DNA of 64,000 bases from a bacterium (GTDB lineage Bacteria > Bacteroidota > Bacteroidia > NS11-12g > UBA955). A program made the translations under genes and the position numbers. Shown one piece after another: positions 9,714-19,354 of the stretch (the stretch's first letter is position 1; each line of letters starts with the position of its first letter). The notes beneath the pieces are model-generated. The model was not told the origin of the DNA and ran no database searches. It worked only from the letters and a program-made list of their open reading frames with translations. The stretch is from positions 6,277 through 70,276 of the forward strand of contig JAQSCZ010000119.1 in NCBI GenBank assembly GCA_029945665.1, written 5' to 3'.

Positions 9714-12077
9714 ATGAAAAAGTACATATCTCTATTCGTTTTTTCCTTGTTTTTTATTCATTTATCTGCACAAAATAAAGTGACATTGAGTGGCTACGTA
9801 AAAGATTCGGCCAATGGCGAAGCGCTCAATTCTTGCAACATAACAATTGATGAAACTAAGGTTGGCACTCAATCTAATGCCTATGGTTTTTATTCATTAT
9901 CTGTTGAACCGGGCATCTATATTGTAAACTTTTCATTTGTTGGTTTTGTAACTCAAAGTATAAAACTAGATATTACAAAAAACACCACGCTTAACATCGA
10001 ATTAACCAAAGTTTTAACTTCATTTGGCACTGTCACCGTGCGAGCAAAAAGAAGAGATAACAATGTCGAAAAAGTAGAAATGAGTGTCAATAATTTAAAC
10101 ATTGCACAAATTAAAAAAATCCCAGCATTGCTTGGCGAAGTCGATGTGGTAAGAAGCATTCAATTACTCCCTGGTGTTAGCACTGTGGGCGAGGGCGCAA
10201 CGGGTTTTAATGTGAGGGGTGGCAGTATCGATCAAAATTTAATTCTATTAGACGAGGCACCTGTTTTTAACTCTTCGCATTTATTCGGTTTCTTTTCAAT
10301 CTTCAATCCCGATGCCGTAAAAGATGTAAAACTAATAAAAGGTGGTATGCCTGCTACTTATGGTGGTCGATTGTCATCTACCTTAGATGTCAGAATGAAA
10401 GAAGGTAATAATAAAAGAACCGAAGTAAATGGCGGTATAGGCGTAATTTTTAGTAGGCTTTCAATTGAAGGTCCAATCATGCCTAAACGCTTAAATAATA
10501 AAGCATCTTATATTTTGGCTGGTCGCAGAAGTTACATAGATGTGTTGGTCAAACCATTTACTCAAAACAATGCCAATTTAAAGGATGCCATTTTCTATTT
10601 TTATGATTTTACAGGCAAGGTGAACTATACTTTTAACTCTAACAATAAACTATTCGTATCTGGTTATTTAGGTCGTGATGCTTTTGGTGTTCCAAACGCT
10701 AAGTTTGATTGGGGCAATACCACTGCCACCGTAAGATGGAATCATTTATTTTCCAAAAAACTTTTTACCAACTTTATCACCTATTACAGTAAGTACGATT
10801 ATAGCTTAGGCTTCGGCAGCGATAATAATTCCTTCAAATGGAAATCAAATATTATTAATTTTAGTGTGAAGCCAGATTTCACATATTATATAACACCGAA
10901 TAATACCTTAAATTTTGGTGCCATTTCAACCTATTATATTTTCAGTCCTGGTAAAGCAACCTCCAAAGATTTAACTTCTACTGTAGAATTTGGACTACCT
11001 AAAAAATACGCCATGGAGAATGCTCTATTTATAGAGAACGAGCAAAAAGTAAGCGATAAAATTACCATGCGTTATGGCATCAGAGTTTCTAATTTCAATT
11101 ACTTAGGAAAAGGCAGTGCATTGCAATTGCAGCGGGACATTGCAGGGAAAAGAGCCGAAGTTTTAGGCATTAAAACTTATGAAGACATGCAAGTGATTAA
11201 ATCGTATGTAACACCTGAACCAAGATTTTCCATGAATTACAAAATGAATAAATTGAATTCGTTTAAATTAAGTTATAACAGAATGGCCCAGTATCTTCAT
11301 TTAATTTCAAATACTGCTGCCAGCGTACCACTAGATGTTTGGACACCAAGCACCAATAATATTAAGCCACAAATTGCCGACCAAGTTGCCATTGGTTATT
11401 TTAAAAACTTTGGTAAAAATGTTGATTACGAATTATCTATTGAGTCTTATTACAAGGAAATGCAAAATCAAATTGACTATATTGATGGTGCCGATTTGTT
11501 ACTGAATTCGCAATTAGAGGCCGATTTATTAAGCGGTAAGGGAAGAGCCTATGGGATAGAAATATATGCTAAGAAAAATGTTGGAAAACTCAATGGATGG
11601 ATTTCCTATACACTGGCCAAATCTGAAAGAAAAGTGCAAGGCATCAGTCACAACGATTGGTATGCTAACCGTTTCGACCGTCGCCACAATTTGAATATAA
11701 CGGGCAGTTACGACCTTAGTAAAAAATGGTCGGCATCGGCCAGTTTTGTTTTTGGCACTGGCACTCCAACCAATTTACCAAATACAAAGTATTCCTTTCA
11801 AGGCATACAGGGCATCCCTCAAAATGCCAGTGAACTGCGAAACAATGTCCGCATCAAACCATTCCACCGTTTAGATTTATCTACTACCTATACCCATAGA
11901 AAAACCGCAAAATGGGAAAGTAGTTGGGTGTTTGGTGTGTATAATGTCTATAAACGCAGAAACCCCTTTTCGTATTACAGTCAGCCCGATCCTCAAAACA
12001 ATTTCGCTACACAGTTAATCCGTTATTCTGTCATTGGTTCAATCGTTCCATCTGTCTCTTGGAATTTTAAATTTTAA
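9714..12077 (+). CDS. TonB-dependent receptor with N-terminal carboxypeptidase-regulatory-like domain
   Basis: Signal peptide from the ATG at 9714 (MKKYISLFVFSLFFIHLSAQ). The CarboxypepD_reg-like segment is KVTLSGYVKD...GFYSLSVEPGIYIVNFSFVGF, followed by a plug region and a barrel ending ...SWNFKF. Confidence 0.9.
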   Translation: MKKYISLFVFSLFFIHLSAQNKVTLSGYVKDSANGEALNSCNITIDETKVGTQSNAYGFYSLSVEPGIYIVNFSFVGFVTQSIKLDITKNTTLNIELTKVLTSFGTVTVRAKRRDNNVEKVEMSVNNLNIAQIKKIPALLGEVDVVRSIQLLPGVSTVGEGATGFNVRGGSIDQNLILLDEAPVFNSSHLFGFFSIFNPDAVKDVKLIKGGMPATYGGRLSSTLDVRMKEGNNKRTEVNGGIGVIFSRLSIEGPIMPKRLNNKASYILAGRRSYIDVLVKPFTQNNANLKDAIFYFYDFTGKVNYTFNSNNKLFVSGYLGRDAFGVPNAKFDWGNTTATVRWNHLFSKKLFTNFITYYSKYDYSLGFGSDNNSFKWKSNIINFSVKPDFTYYITPNNTLNFGAISTYYIFSPGKATSKDLTSTVEFGLPKKYAMENALFIENEQKVSDKITMRYGIRVSNFNYLGKGSALQLQRDIAGKRAEVLGIKTYEDMQVIKSYVTPEPRFSMNYKMNKLNSFKLSYNRMAQYLHLISNTAASVPLDVWTPSTNNIKPQIADQVAIGYFKNFGKNVDYELSIESYYKEMQNQIDYIDGADLLLNSQLEADLLSGKGRAYGIEIYAKKNVGKLNGWISYTLAKSERKVQGISHNDWYANRFDRRHNLNITGSYDLSKKWSASASFVFGTGTPTNLPNTKYSFQGIQGIPQNASELRNNVRIKPFHRLDLSTTYTHRKTAKWESSWVFGVYNVYKRRNPFSYYSQPDPQNNFATQLIRYSVIGSIVPSVSWNFKF

Positions 12078-12082
12078 TCTTC

Positions 12083-12973
12083 ATGAAATCATTTATAAAA
12101 ATATTTAAACAATCAAAACTTTTAGTTATTGCAGTTGCAATGCTTGCTAGCTTATCTGCCTGCGAAGACCCAATAGAGTTAGACCTTGGTAAACCAGTGG
12201 AGCAATTGGTAATAGATGCTGTGATTAATCAAAGCAGCGATACACAATACATTTTCGTTTCAAAATCTGTAGGCTATTTAAACAATGGAATACCTGCTGG
12301 CTATGAAATCGATTCTGTTGGTATTTTAGACACATCAACTTTTATATTCTATCCATTTAAGTACAGTGGCAATGGAAAATATTTCTTTGTACCACCAGGT
12401 GCAAATACTTTTCAATTCGATAAGGACTACCAGTTAATTTGTAAAGACGGGGCCAACACCTATGTTTCACAAAGTCGTTTAAATTCCCCTACGACCATCG
12501 ATTCTTTGACTTATAAATATGAGGAATCGGGCTCATTTGGCGGCAATAAGGGCAATTACGTTACACTTTGGTCTAAAGATAAAATTGGCACTGGCGATTT
12601 TTATTGGCTGCGATTGTATAGAAATGATTCCATTCAATTGCAAGCAGGCGATATAAGAGTTGCCATTGATAACTCAGTTTCACAGGGTGGACAAGGTGAT
12701 GGCGATTTATTTATTATCCCAATTCGCGGCAATTTTACAAGTCGCCCATGGAACATTGGCGAAACTGCAAGGGTAGAAATATTAAGCATTACCCCAGAAA
12801 TGTATTTTTATTTAAATTTATTAACCACTCAATTACAAAATACTGGTTTGTTTGCAGTGCCGCCAAGCAATGTTCCTAGTAATATTATATGCATTAACAA
12901 TCCAGACAATAAGGTCTTAGGATTTTTCTGCATGGCCGGCAAAGTAGATAGTCCAAAGTTGCTGATTAAATAA
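12083..12973 (+). CDS. DUF4249-like lipoprotein (usual partner of this TonB-receptor class)
   Basis: Lipobox LASLSAC, lying 5 nt after the receptor gene. Size and position match the receptor/DUF4249 pairs I know from Bacteroidota. The domain itself was not verified. Confidence 0.6.
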   Translation: MKSFIKIFKQSKLLVIAVAMLASLSACEDPIELDLGKPVEQLVIDAVINQSSDTQYIFVSKSVGYLNNGIPAGYEIDSVGILDTSTFIFYPFKYSGNGKYFFVPPGANTFQFDKDYQLICKDGANTYVSQSRLNSPTTIDSLTYKYEESGSFGGNKGNYVTLWSKDKIGTGDFYWLRLYRNDSIQLQAGDIRVAIDNSVSQGGQGDGDLFIIPIRGNFTSRPWNIGETARVEILSITPEMYFYLNLLTTQLQNTGLFAVPPSNVPSNIICINNPDNKVLGFFCMAGKVDSPKLLIK

Positions 12974-13028
12974 AATTTATTATTTTCATTTTCAAAAAAA
13001 TAAGTTAAAAAAAATGTAGTTTTGTTCT

Positions 13029-14129
13029 TTGGTGAGAAGGCTAATTATTTTTTTACTCCTTTGTTTTGCAACTTTGAAATTAAACGCACAATTTCAAAGA
13101 GGATTTCAGGTGAATCTATTGCCTGGATTTTTGATAGCACACCGTGAATACATGGCCAATATGGAGGCCCATACTTTGGGATTTGAAGCCATTTACAGCA
13201 GCAATTTTACCGCTTGGAAACAAGTTGATTCCTCTTATAGAAATTTGCGTTGGGGCACTGGATTTACTTATTTTAATTTAGGTAACAGAGATTTGAATGG
13301 CGATGTTTTGGCTTGGCATATTCATGTTGAAGCCAATTTAAAAAACAGAAAAAACTTTCAAAGCACCTTGCGATTCGGATCAGGCGTTGGTTATTTAACC
13401 AAACCATTTAATTTACAATCCAACAGACAAAATAAAGCCATTGGTTCGCATTTTAATGGGAATATGCAAATAATGTATAAGGCCTATTTTAAAGTATCAC
13501 CAAATAACTCATTGATATTAGGCGCTGGTATAACGCATTACAGCAATGGCAATTTTAAGCGTCCTAACTTGGGTATTAATATTGCCCATTTAAATTTAGG
13601 GTGGTATCATTGTTTACAGAGCATCGATGCACCAAAGTTTAAAACCCTTCCAAAATTATTCCCTACCAATGGCTTTGAAATAAGTGCAGGCATTGCCAAT
13701 AAGCAAATTGCTGTGGCCGATACGCGCAGATTTACTATCTTATCAAGTAGTTTAATGTATTATTTTAAGCACAATAAAACCAGAAACTGGCGCGCGGGTA
13801 CTGAGTTTTTCTTCGACAAAACATATCCCTACGAATTGTTTCATCCCGAAAAATTGCAACATGTTAAACTCGCAAAAATGACCGAAGTGGCTGTAAAGAT
13901 TGGGCATGAATTTATATTTGGCAGAATAGCCATTGTAACCGATTTGGGAACTTATGTATACCGGCCAAACCAATACAAAAAGCGTGTTTACTTTGCTATT
14001 GGATTTAATTATTTCTTTAACAATGGCATAGTGGCTCAGACCCGTTTAAAGTCGCACATGGCTGTTGCCGATTTCTTTTATTGGAGTGGTGGTTATCGTT
14101 TTTCAGATGAATTTTTACGCAATAAATGA
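13029..14129 (+). CDS. Acyloxyacyl hydrolase / PagL-like outer-membrane protein
   Basis: Signal peptide ending ...KLNAQ and alternating beta-strand pattern. GITHYSNGNFKRPNLGIN resembles the H-x-S-N-G catalytic region of the PagL-like family. TTG or GTG start. Confidence 0.55.
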   Translation: MVRRLIIFLLLCFATLKLNAQFQRGFQVNLLPGFLIAHREYMANMEAHTLGFEAIYSSNFTAWKQVDSSYRNLRWGTGFTYFNLGNRDLNGDVLAWHIHVEANLKNRKNFQSTLRFGSGVGYLTKPFNLQSNRQNKAIGSHFNGNMQIMYKAYFKVSPNNSLILGAGITHYSNGNFKRPNLGINIAHLNLGWYHCLQSIDAPKFKTLPKLFPTNGFEISAGIANKQIAVADTRRFTILSSSLMYYFKHNKTRNWRAGTEFFFDKTYPYELFHPEKLQHVKLAKMTEVAVKIGHEFIFGRIAIVTDLGTYVYRPNQYKKRVYFAIGFNYFFNNGIVAQTRLKSHMAVADFFYWSGGYRFSDEFLRNK

Positions 14130-14857
14130 ACCAATTTAAATACATATTGATTGTTTTTGTTTTGTTAATCGGTTGTAAAAGGGCTGATGATATAGTTACT
14201 TCTTATGGCAAGGATACAGAGCAAACAAGGCAAGTTGGTAATTTCAGGGCCATCTCTGCTGGCGAAAAATTTGATATTTTTTTAATTCAGGATTCTGCTT
14301 TGGCTGGCACTGTAAAAATGACTGCAGGCGAGCATGTGATAGACGGTTATGTGAGCGAAGTTAGAAATGGTGTATTGGTATTAGAAAATATCAATAAATA
14401 CAATTGGGTTAGAAAATTGCGCGTAAGGCAGAAAGCAATTATTTATTTTAAGAATTTAGACAGCTTATCAATTCGCGGTTCTGCAAAATTCACAAGTAAA
14501 GACCCTATTATACAGCAAAATGAATTTAAAATAATTCACAATGGTTTAGAGAATGTAGAATTGACAATATACACCAATGATATTAATGTAAGAGGCGAAA
14601 ATACCGGAGGCATAATTTTACACGGCAAATGCAATATTTACAGAGGCAATGCCGATGATATAAGTTTTGTTGACAACAGAGATTTGATTACTGATGACAC
14701 CTATTTTAATAGTTTTAGTCAAGAGGACAGTTATGTAAATGCTAAAAACATTTTAGGATTGAAGGTTTTTGGCAATGGCAATATCTATTACATCAGTACA
14801 CCAAGCAATAAGAGTTTATTCGAGCGTTATGGCAAGGGTGATATTATTCTTAAATAA
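14126..14857 (+). CDS. DUF2807 / head GIN domain-like lipoprotein
   Basis: Lipobox LLIGC. Repeated beta-helix-like units (IRGSAKF, LHGKCNI, VFGNGNIYYISTP...GKGDII). It has a 4-nt ATGA overlap with the upstream gene. Confidence 0.5.
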   Translation: MNQFKYILIVFVLLIGCKRADDIVTSYGKDTEQTRQVGNFRAISAGEKFDIFLIQDSALAGTVKMTAGEHVIDGYVSEVRNGVLVLENINKYNWVRKLRVRQKAIIYFKNLDSLSIRGSAKFTSKDPIIQQNEFKIIHNGLENVELTIYTNDINVRGENTGGIILHGKCNIYRGNADDISFVDNRDLITDDTYFNSFSQEDSYVNAKNILGLKVFGNGNIYYISTPSNKSLFERYGKGDIILK

Positions 14858-15091
14858 AACAACTTTAAAAGCACTGTTAATTATTATATTTTCTTTGAAG
14901 CAATGTAAAACAATACTTTTTCAATGCTGATTTGAATTTATAATGCCAGCGGTTTTTCTATAGTGCAATTAAGTTAACGTTGCATTTTACCATGAGAAAA
15001 CAATACCAACATTTACCAGTATTTTTTTTAGGATTCATATTACATTTATAATTGGCAGTTGATTTTATTTAGGAATTTTAAAAAAAATAGC

Positions 15092-15124
15092 GCAAAAAAA
15101 ACACGATTCAAATGAATCGTGTTT
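15092..15124 (-). terminator. Intrinsic terminator of the RRM-protein gene
   Basis: acacgattc/gaatcgtgt stem (15101-15109/15114-15122). On the minus strand it is followed by a T-run (plus-strand aaaaaaa, 15094-15100). It lies 22 nt after the stop. Confidence 0.6.
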
Positions 15125-15145
15125 TATAATTAAAATTGGTTTTGA

Positions 15146-15481
15146 TTAATATCTTTTGTTGTAACCACCAGAGTTTCCTCCGTTGCCACCACCGCCACCA
15201 CGGTTAAAACCTCCACCACCACGGTTTCCACCATTGTCTTCTCTTGGACGTGCTTCGTTAACTACAAGCGCTCTTTCCATAAATTCTTTCTCATGTAAAG
15301 CAGCGATCGCAGCATTTGCAGCTGAGTCATCGCTCATTTCTACAATCGCAAATCCGCGTGAACGGTTTGTGAATTTGTCTTTAATAATTCTTGCTGAGCT
15401 CACTTCACCATACTGAGTGAAAAGGTTTTCGACATCTTGCTCGCTCGCTTTGAAGCTAAGATTACCTACGTAAATGTTCAT
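15146..15481 (-). CDS. RNA-binding protein (RRM domain, Gly-rich tail)
   Basis: MNIYVGNLSF (RNP2) and RGFAIVEM (RNP1), with a C-terminal GGNRGGGGFNRGGGGGNGGNSGG tail. Start moved to the ATG at 15481; the track's 31 extra residues look non-coding. Confidence 0.9.
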   Translation of the reverse strand: MNIYVGNLSFKASEQDVENLFTQYGEVSSARIIKDKFTNRSRGFAIVEMSDDSAANAAIAALHEKEFMERALVVNEARPREDNGGNRGGGGFNRGGGGGNGGNSGGYNKRY

Positions 15482-15532
15482 TATATCTAAATTTTTTAAA
15501 ACGTAAACTACTATAAATAGTAAAATACTTAA

Positions 15533-15540
15533 CAAAGATA
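15533..15540 (-). promoter_or_regulatory. Candidate Bacteroidota -7 box (TATCTTTG) for the RRM gene
   Basis: Minus strand reads TATCTTTG, matching TAnnTTTG, about 50 nt upstream of the ATG. No good -33 TTTG was found. Confidence 0.35.
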
Positions 15541-15565
15541 AGACATTATTATTAATAAAAAAAAT

Positions 15566-15596
15566 ATTTGTCAAACGTTGATTTATTCTTACCTTT
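15566..15596 (+). promoter_or_regulatory. Candidate promoter of tRNA-Arg (-33 TTTG, 19-nt spacer, -7 TACCTTTG)
   Basis: TTTG at 15566-15569 and TACCTTTG at 15589-15596. The tRNA 5' end is at 15615. Confidence 0.45.
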
Positions 15597-15614
15597 GCAA
15601 CTCTCTAAAAAAGA

Positions 15615-15688
15615 GGACCCGTGGCTTAATTGGATATAGCACCTGACTACGGATCAGGAGGTTGGGGGTTCGAATCCCTCCGGGTCCA
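15615..15688 (+). tRNA. tRNA-Arg (anticodon ACG)
   Basis: 74 nt. Acceptor stem GGACCCG/CGGGTCC plus discriminator A, anticodon arm CCTGA-CTACGGA-TCAGG, T-arm GGGGGTTCGAATCCCTC. No encoded CCA. Confidence 0.95.
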
Positions 15689-15700
15689 CAAACAATTTGA

Positions 15701-15728
15701 ATGCTGCCTTTTAGGCAGCATTTTTGTT
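15701..15728 (+). terminator. Intrinsic terminator after tRNA-Arg
   Basis: atgctgcct/aggcagcat 9-bp stem with loop ttt, followed by ttttgttt. Confidence 0.7.
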
Positions 15729-15870
15729 TCCAGGAAACGCTAAAAGCTTGCTTTCAAAAGTTGACAGGAAAAAAAAGGTCATGCGCAGCATGGCATTCAA
15801 AATGGTTGTTAGCCCCCAACACTGGGATCAGCGTAGCTAATACCTGAGGGTCCACCCTGAAGCAGAAAAA
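15729..15870 (+). ncRNA. Candidate small RNA / structured non-coding region (unassigned)
   Basis: A visibly G+C-richer stretch lies between two terminator hairpins. It holds nested helices (TTAGC...GCTAA enclosing CCCAacacTGGG; AGGGtccaCCCT). The only ORF is 19 aa. Confidence 0.25.
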
Positions 15871-15899
15871 CCCTAAAACTAAACTTTCAGGGCTTTTTT
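15871..15899. terminator. Bidirectional terminator-like hairpin
   Basis: ccctaaaa/tttcaggg stem with loop ctaaac. It is flanked by an A-run upstream and cttttttat downstream, so it works on either strand. Confidence 0.5.
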
Positions 15900-16094
15900 A
15901 TCATCTATTTTTATTGAAATACTTTCTGAACTTCTTTTTAGGAACATTAGATTGGATTCCGAGATAAAAAAATATTTCAAATGAAGTTATGCCAACATAC
16001 TTCCATTTAAGTTTAATGGTATAAGTACTAAAAAAATCACAAGTCAAATTAAATGCTTTTAAGCAATGTGGATTTTTTTATACAACATATAATA

Positions 16095-16838
16095 TCAAAG
16101 AATTTGCAAACCAGTACCAGTGTTTTTGCATAAAACAGAATAGGCACTTGGTTTAATTTTCTTATAGGGCGTAAGCGAAACGATAAAGTTTTTTAGTTTT
16201 TGTTTCCAATACTTTGATGAATTAGATTTAAATTGAAACTTCAATAATTCATCGCTAGTAAACCAAAAGTCTTCGTCTATAATTTCAAACCCTTCGCTTT
16301 TCAATAAAAATTTAAACAATGAAGGCGTGTATATATTGATATGCCCATAATCTAAATAATGCTTGATCTTATTGTCTACAAAAAAACTAAAATCAATTGG
16401 TATCTCAAAATACTGATAGTCGGAAACTCTTGCTATCTCTCTTAACAATGTTCTTGGATGCTCGACATGTTCTAATACATGGCAACAAGATGACAAACTA
16501 AATTGTTTATCGGAATAAGGAATGGTATAACCATTAAATAGCTTTATTTCTTTAAGCGAGTTTAGTTGCCTAGCTTTAATTCTTTCTACACCCGATTCGG
16601 AAATTTCAAGGGCGTACATGTTTTCTGAGAAACCAGCTTTTTCTAAAAAATCTATCACAGAACCATCACCTGAGCCAACATCTACATAATTTTCTATTTT
16701 AAGATTTTTACACAATTTAAGTAGGTTAGCTGATTTTTGCTTACCTCCTAGGTACCGCCATTGGCTGTCCATTGTTTCATATTGCGAAGTGTACTTATCT
16801 TTAACAGCTTGATTAATGATTTCCATGAATGCAAACAT
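16095..16838 (-). CDS. Class I SAM-dependent methyltransferase
   Basis: Motif I is VDVGSGDGSV, with an acidic post-I residue (ALEIS) and CCHVLEHVEHP, typical of the Methyltransf_11/23 type. Confidence 0.8.
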   Translation of the reverse strand: MFAFMEIINQAVKDKYTSQYETMDSQWRYLGGKQKSANLLKLCKNLKIENYVDVGSGDGSVIDFLEKAGFSENMYALEISESGVERIKARQLNSLKEIKLFNGYTIPYSDKQFSLSSCCHVLEHVEHPRTLLREIARVSDYQYFEIPIDFSFFVDNKIKHYLDYGHINIYTPSLFKFLLKSEGFEIIDEDFWFTSDELLKFQFKSNSSKYWKQKLKNFIVSLTPYKKIKPSAYSVLCKNTGTGLQIL

Positions 16839-16995
16839 AATAAAAATGTTTAATACTCAGGAGCGCTGTTAAAGGTTCCTAATTTCTATCAGCAAAAAAA
16901 ATTAAAAATTTTCATCCCTTAAACTTTTGGTCATAAATAATTTCAAATAAATGAGCATAATCAATACCTAGTAGATATCCTGTTTAATCTTTAAA

Positions 16996-17751
16996 TTACT
17001 GAGCGGTATAGCCACCATCAACAGTATAATATGATCCAGTTACAAAAGATGAGTTGGATATACTCAACCAATACACCAATTCGGCAACTTCTTCAGATGT
17101 CCCTAAGCGTCCAATTGGGTGCATGCTCGCTAATAATTTAAGGGTATCCTCATCCAAAGCTTTGGTTAAAAGTGGCGTCAAAATATAACCAGGGCCAACC
17201 GCGTTGATTCTAATATTTTTGTCGGCATATTCTAATGCAGCAGCTTTGGTTAAACCAACTACACCATGCTTAGCTGCCACATAGGCGGGCGAACCTTTGG
17301 TACCGACCATCCCTAATATTGAAGCTATATTTACAATACTACCACCACCTGATTTTAACATGGCTGGAATTTGATAGTGTAAGCCATAAAACACACCTGA
17401 TAAATTAACACTAATTACTTTGTCCCATCCTTCTATCGGGTACTCTCCAGTTGGCCCTAGTGGCCCACCAATACCCGCATTATTACATGTAATATGCAAA
17501 GCACCATAGGTTTTTAATATTTGAGCAACCATGTATTTATGATCTTCAGGATTTGAAGTATCGGCCTTTATAAAAATAGCCTCTCCCCCACTTTCTTTAA
17601 TGATAGAAACAGTTTCCATTCCGCCATCTTCATCAATATCAGAAACAATTGTACTGGCCCCTTTACCAGCATATAAAATAGCTACTGCTTTGCCTATTCC
17701 AGACCCTGACCCAGTAACTAAGGCAACTTTTTTCTCTAAAGTATTCATCAT
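16996..17751 (-). CDS. SDR family oxidoreductase (FabG / glucose 1-dehydrogenase-like)
   Basis: TGSGSGIGKA cofactor motif, NNAG, the catalytic residues S...YVAAKHG, and a PG.I.T segment. Confidence 0.9.
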   Translation of the reverse strand: MMNTLEKKVALVTGSGSGIGKAVAILYAGKGASTIVSDIDEDGGMETVSIIKESGGEAIFIKADTSNPEDHKYMVAQILKTYGALHITCNNAGIGGPLGPTGEYPIEGWDKVISVNLSGVFYGLHYQIPAMLKSGGGSIVNIASILGMVGTKGSPAYVAAKHGVVGLTKAAALEYADKNIRINAVGPGYILTPLLTKALDEDTLKLLASMHPIGRLGTSEEVAELVYWLSISNSSFVTGSYYTVDGGYTAQ

Positions 17752-17858
17752 AATTTGTTGTATTTGTTGTCATGCAAATTGCAATCCTTCCTACAAAATT
17801 ATGTTATACATCTTTCATTGAATTTTACATAAATGATGCTATTCAGAATAACAAAAAT

Positions 17859-18542
17859 CTATTTTACCTCTTCCTTTTTGGCTTTCTTTTTAAAGTATCC
17901 TCTCAAAAGAACATTACTTTTGGCGGCATCCATGTTTTGTTTAAATCCTTTTGTCCCTTTTTTGATATTTACAATGGATTGATCGATATTTTCAGCAAAA
18001 GTTGTATCCATAAACAACTTACCGATGGTGCCGTTGCCCGAACTAATATTGTGAACAATAAGAGCCAGATCTGTGGTTATTTCAGCGGCATTGTTACTAG
18101 TTACTTGCAATTTCAACAAAATATCATCTATGCTCACAGGCACTATTGTGCCAATCACAGCATTGTCTTTAATTGAATTCTTGCCATTGGTTCCAGGCAT
18201 GATCACAACAATTTTATTTCCCATTAATCCATCTGAACTAATGATGGCTTTGGCATCTACTTTTATAAACTTGATACTACTCTCGTCGACAATTAAATCT
18301 ACTCTAACTGCCGTATCTGCTATCATCTCGATGTTATCTACTACCCCAATATTGATGCCTGAAAAGCGCACATTGTTACCCACTTGTAGTCCGCTGATAT
18401 CTTTGAAAACACCGCTGACCTTAATCGTCGAATTGAATAACTGTTGTTTTTTACCCAGGAAGTAAATGGATATAATAAGTAACAATATGCCGATAGAAAC
18501 AAAGATTCCAAGTTTGATCGTGTTGATTGTATTTTTTTGCAT
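17859..18542 (-). CDS. mlaD: MlaD/MCE family protein
   Basis: N-terminal TM helix followed by an MCE-type beta domain (GLQVGNNVRFSGINIGVV). It is the last gene of a mlaE-mlaF-mlaD-like string. Confidence 0.8.
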   Translation of the reverse strand: MQKNTINTIKLGIFVSIGILLLIISIYFLGKKQQLFNSTIKVSGVFKDISGLQVGNNVRFSGINIGVVDNIEMIADTAVRVDLIVDESSIKFIKVDAKAIISSDGLMGNKIVVIMPGTNGKNSIKDNAVIGTIVPVSIDDILLKLQVTSNNAAEITTDLALIVHNISSGNGTIGKLFMDTTFAENIDQSIVNIKKGTKGFKQNMDAAKSNVLLRGYFKKKAKKEEVK

Positions 18543-18571
18543 GTGATATTTTTTAATTTATTTTTATAGTT

Positions 18572-19348
18572 TTATTCAAAAAATGAATGAACAAAGGCAT
18601 CGTCAGATTTAGCTAATTCGGCATAGGTACCTTCGGCCAAAACGGACCCATCTTTAATGACAATAACTCTATTTGAAGTTATACGAGCACATTCCATATC
18701 ATGCGTAATAATGATAGATGTTGTCATGTATTTTTTTTGCATATCAAGTATGAGTTTACTAATTTCTTTGGATGTAATCGGATCCAATCCAGTTGTGGGT
18801 TCATCGTACAATATTATATCTGGCTTTAAAATAAGCGTTCTTGCCAACCCTATTCTTTTGCGCATACCGCCCGAAAGTTCAGATGGTTTTTTATCAATGG
18901 CGTCTTCAAGTCCAACATTCTCGAGTGCCTCTTTAACAAGCTTCTCTTTGTCTTGAGCTTTTAAATCTTTCATAACCCGCATTGGAAATTCCAAATTTTC
19001 TCTAACAGACATCGAATCGTATAAGGCGGCACTTTGAAATAAAAATCCAATTTTTTTTCTTAATTTATTCAAATCGCTGTCATCGAGCTGAACGACATCT
19101 TGCCCTAAAACTTTGACTGTGCCTTCGTCAATATCTAATAAGCGAACCAGTAATTTAATTAATACAGATTTACCACTGCCCGACTTTCCTAATATAACAA
19201 GGTTCTCTCCTTTGTTAAGTGTCATATTAAAATCCTTTAATACAACCTTACTTCCAAATGATTTTGACAAATGGTCTATTTCAATCATCAACGAAGGTTG
19301 TTCCTTATTAGTTTCCTCCGATTGGATATCTTTTGTAATTGTTTCCAT
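18572..19348 (-). CDS. mlaF: ABC transporter ATP-binding protein (MlaF-like)
   Basis: Walker A GKSGSGKS, signature LSGGMRKR, Walker B ILYDEPTTGLD, and the H-loop ITHD. Confidence 0.9.
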   Translation of the reverse strand: METITKDIQSEETNKEQPSLMIEIDHLSKSFGSKVVLKDFNMTLNKGENLVILGKSGSGKSVLIKLLVRLLDIDEGTVKVLGQDVVQLDDSDLNKLRKKIGFLFQSAALYDSMSVRENLEFPMRVMKDLKAQDKEKLVKEALENVGLEDAIDKKPSELSGGMRKRIGLARTLILKPDIILYDEPTTGLDPITSKEISKLILDMQKKYMTTSIIITHDMECARITSNRVIVIKDGSVLAEGTYAELAKSDDAFVHSFFE

Positions 19349-19354
19349 TTTTTT

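Noticed and set aside
15844-15870. Hammerhead-like CUGA...GAAA core
   Set aside because: The CUGAnGA box and the stem II and III geometry do not fit (the sequence is CTGAGGG and no proper stems flank it).
15615-17751. Genomic island integrated at tRNA-Arg (GGGTCCAC recurs 160 nt downstream of the tRNA 3' end)
   Set aside because: The repeat is only 8 nt. There is no integrase or other mobility gene, and the downstream genes (methyltransferase, SDR) look ordinary. This is insufficient for an att site.
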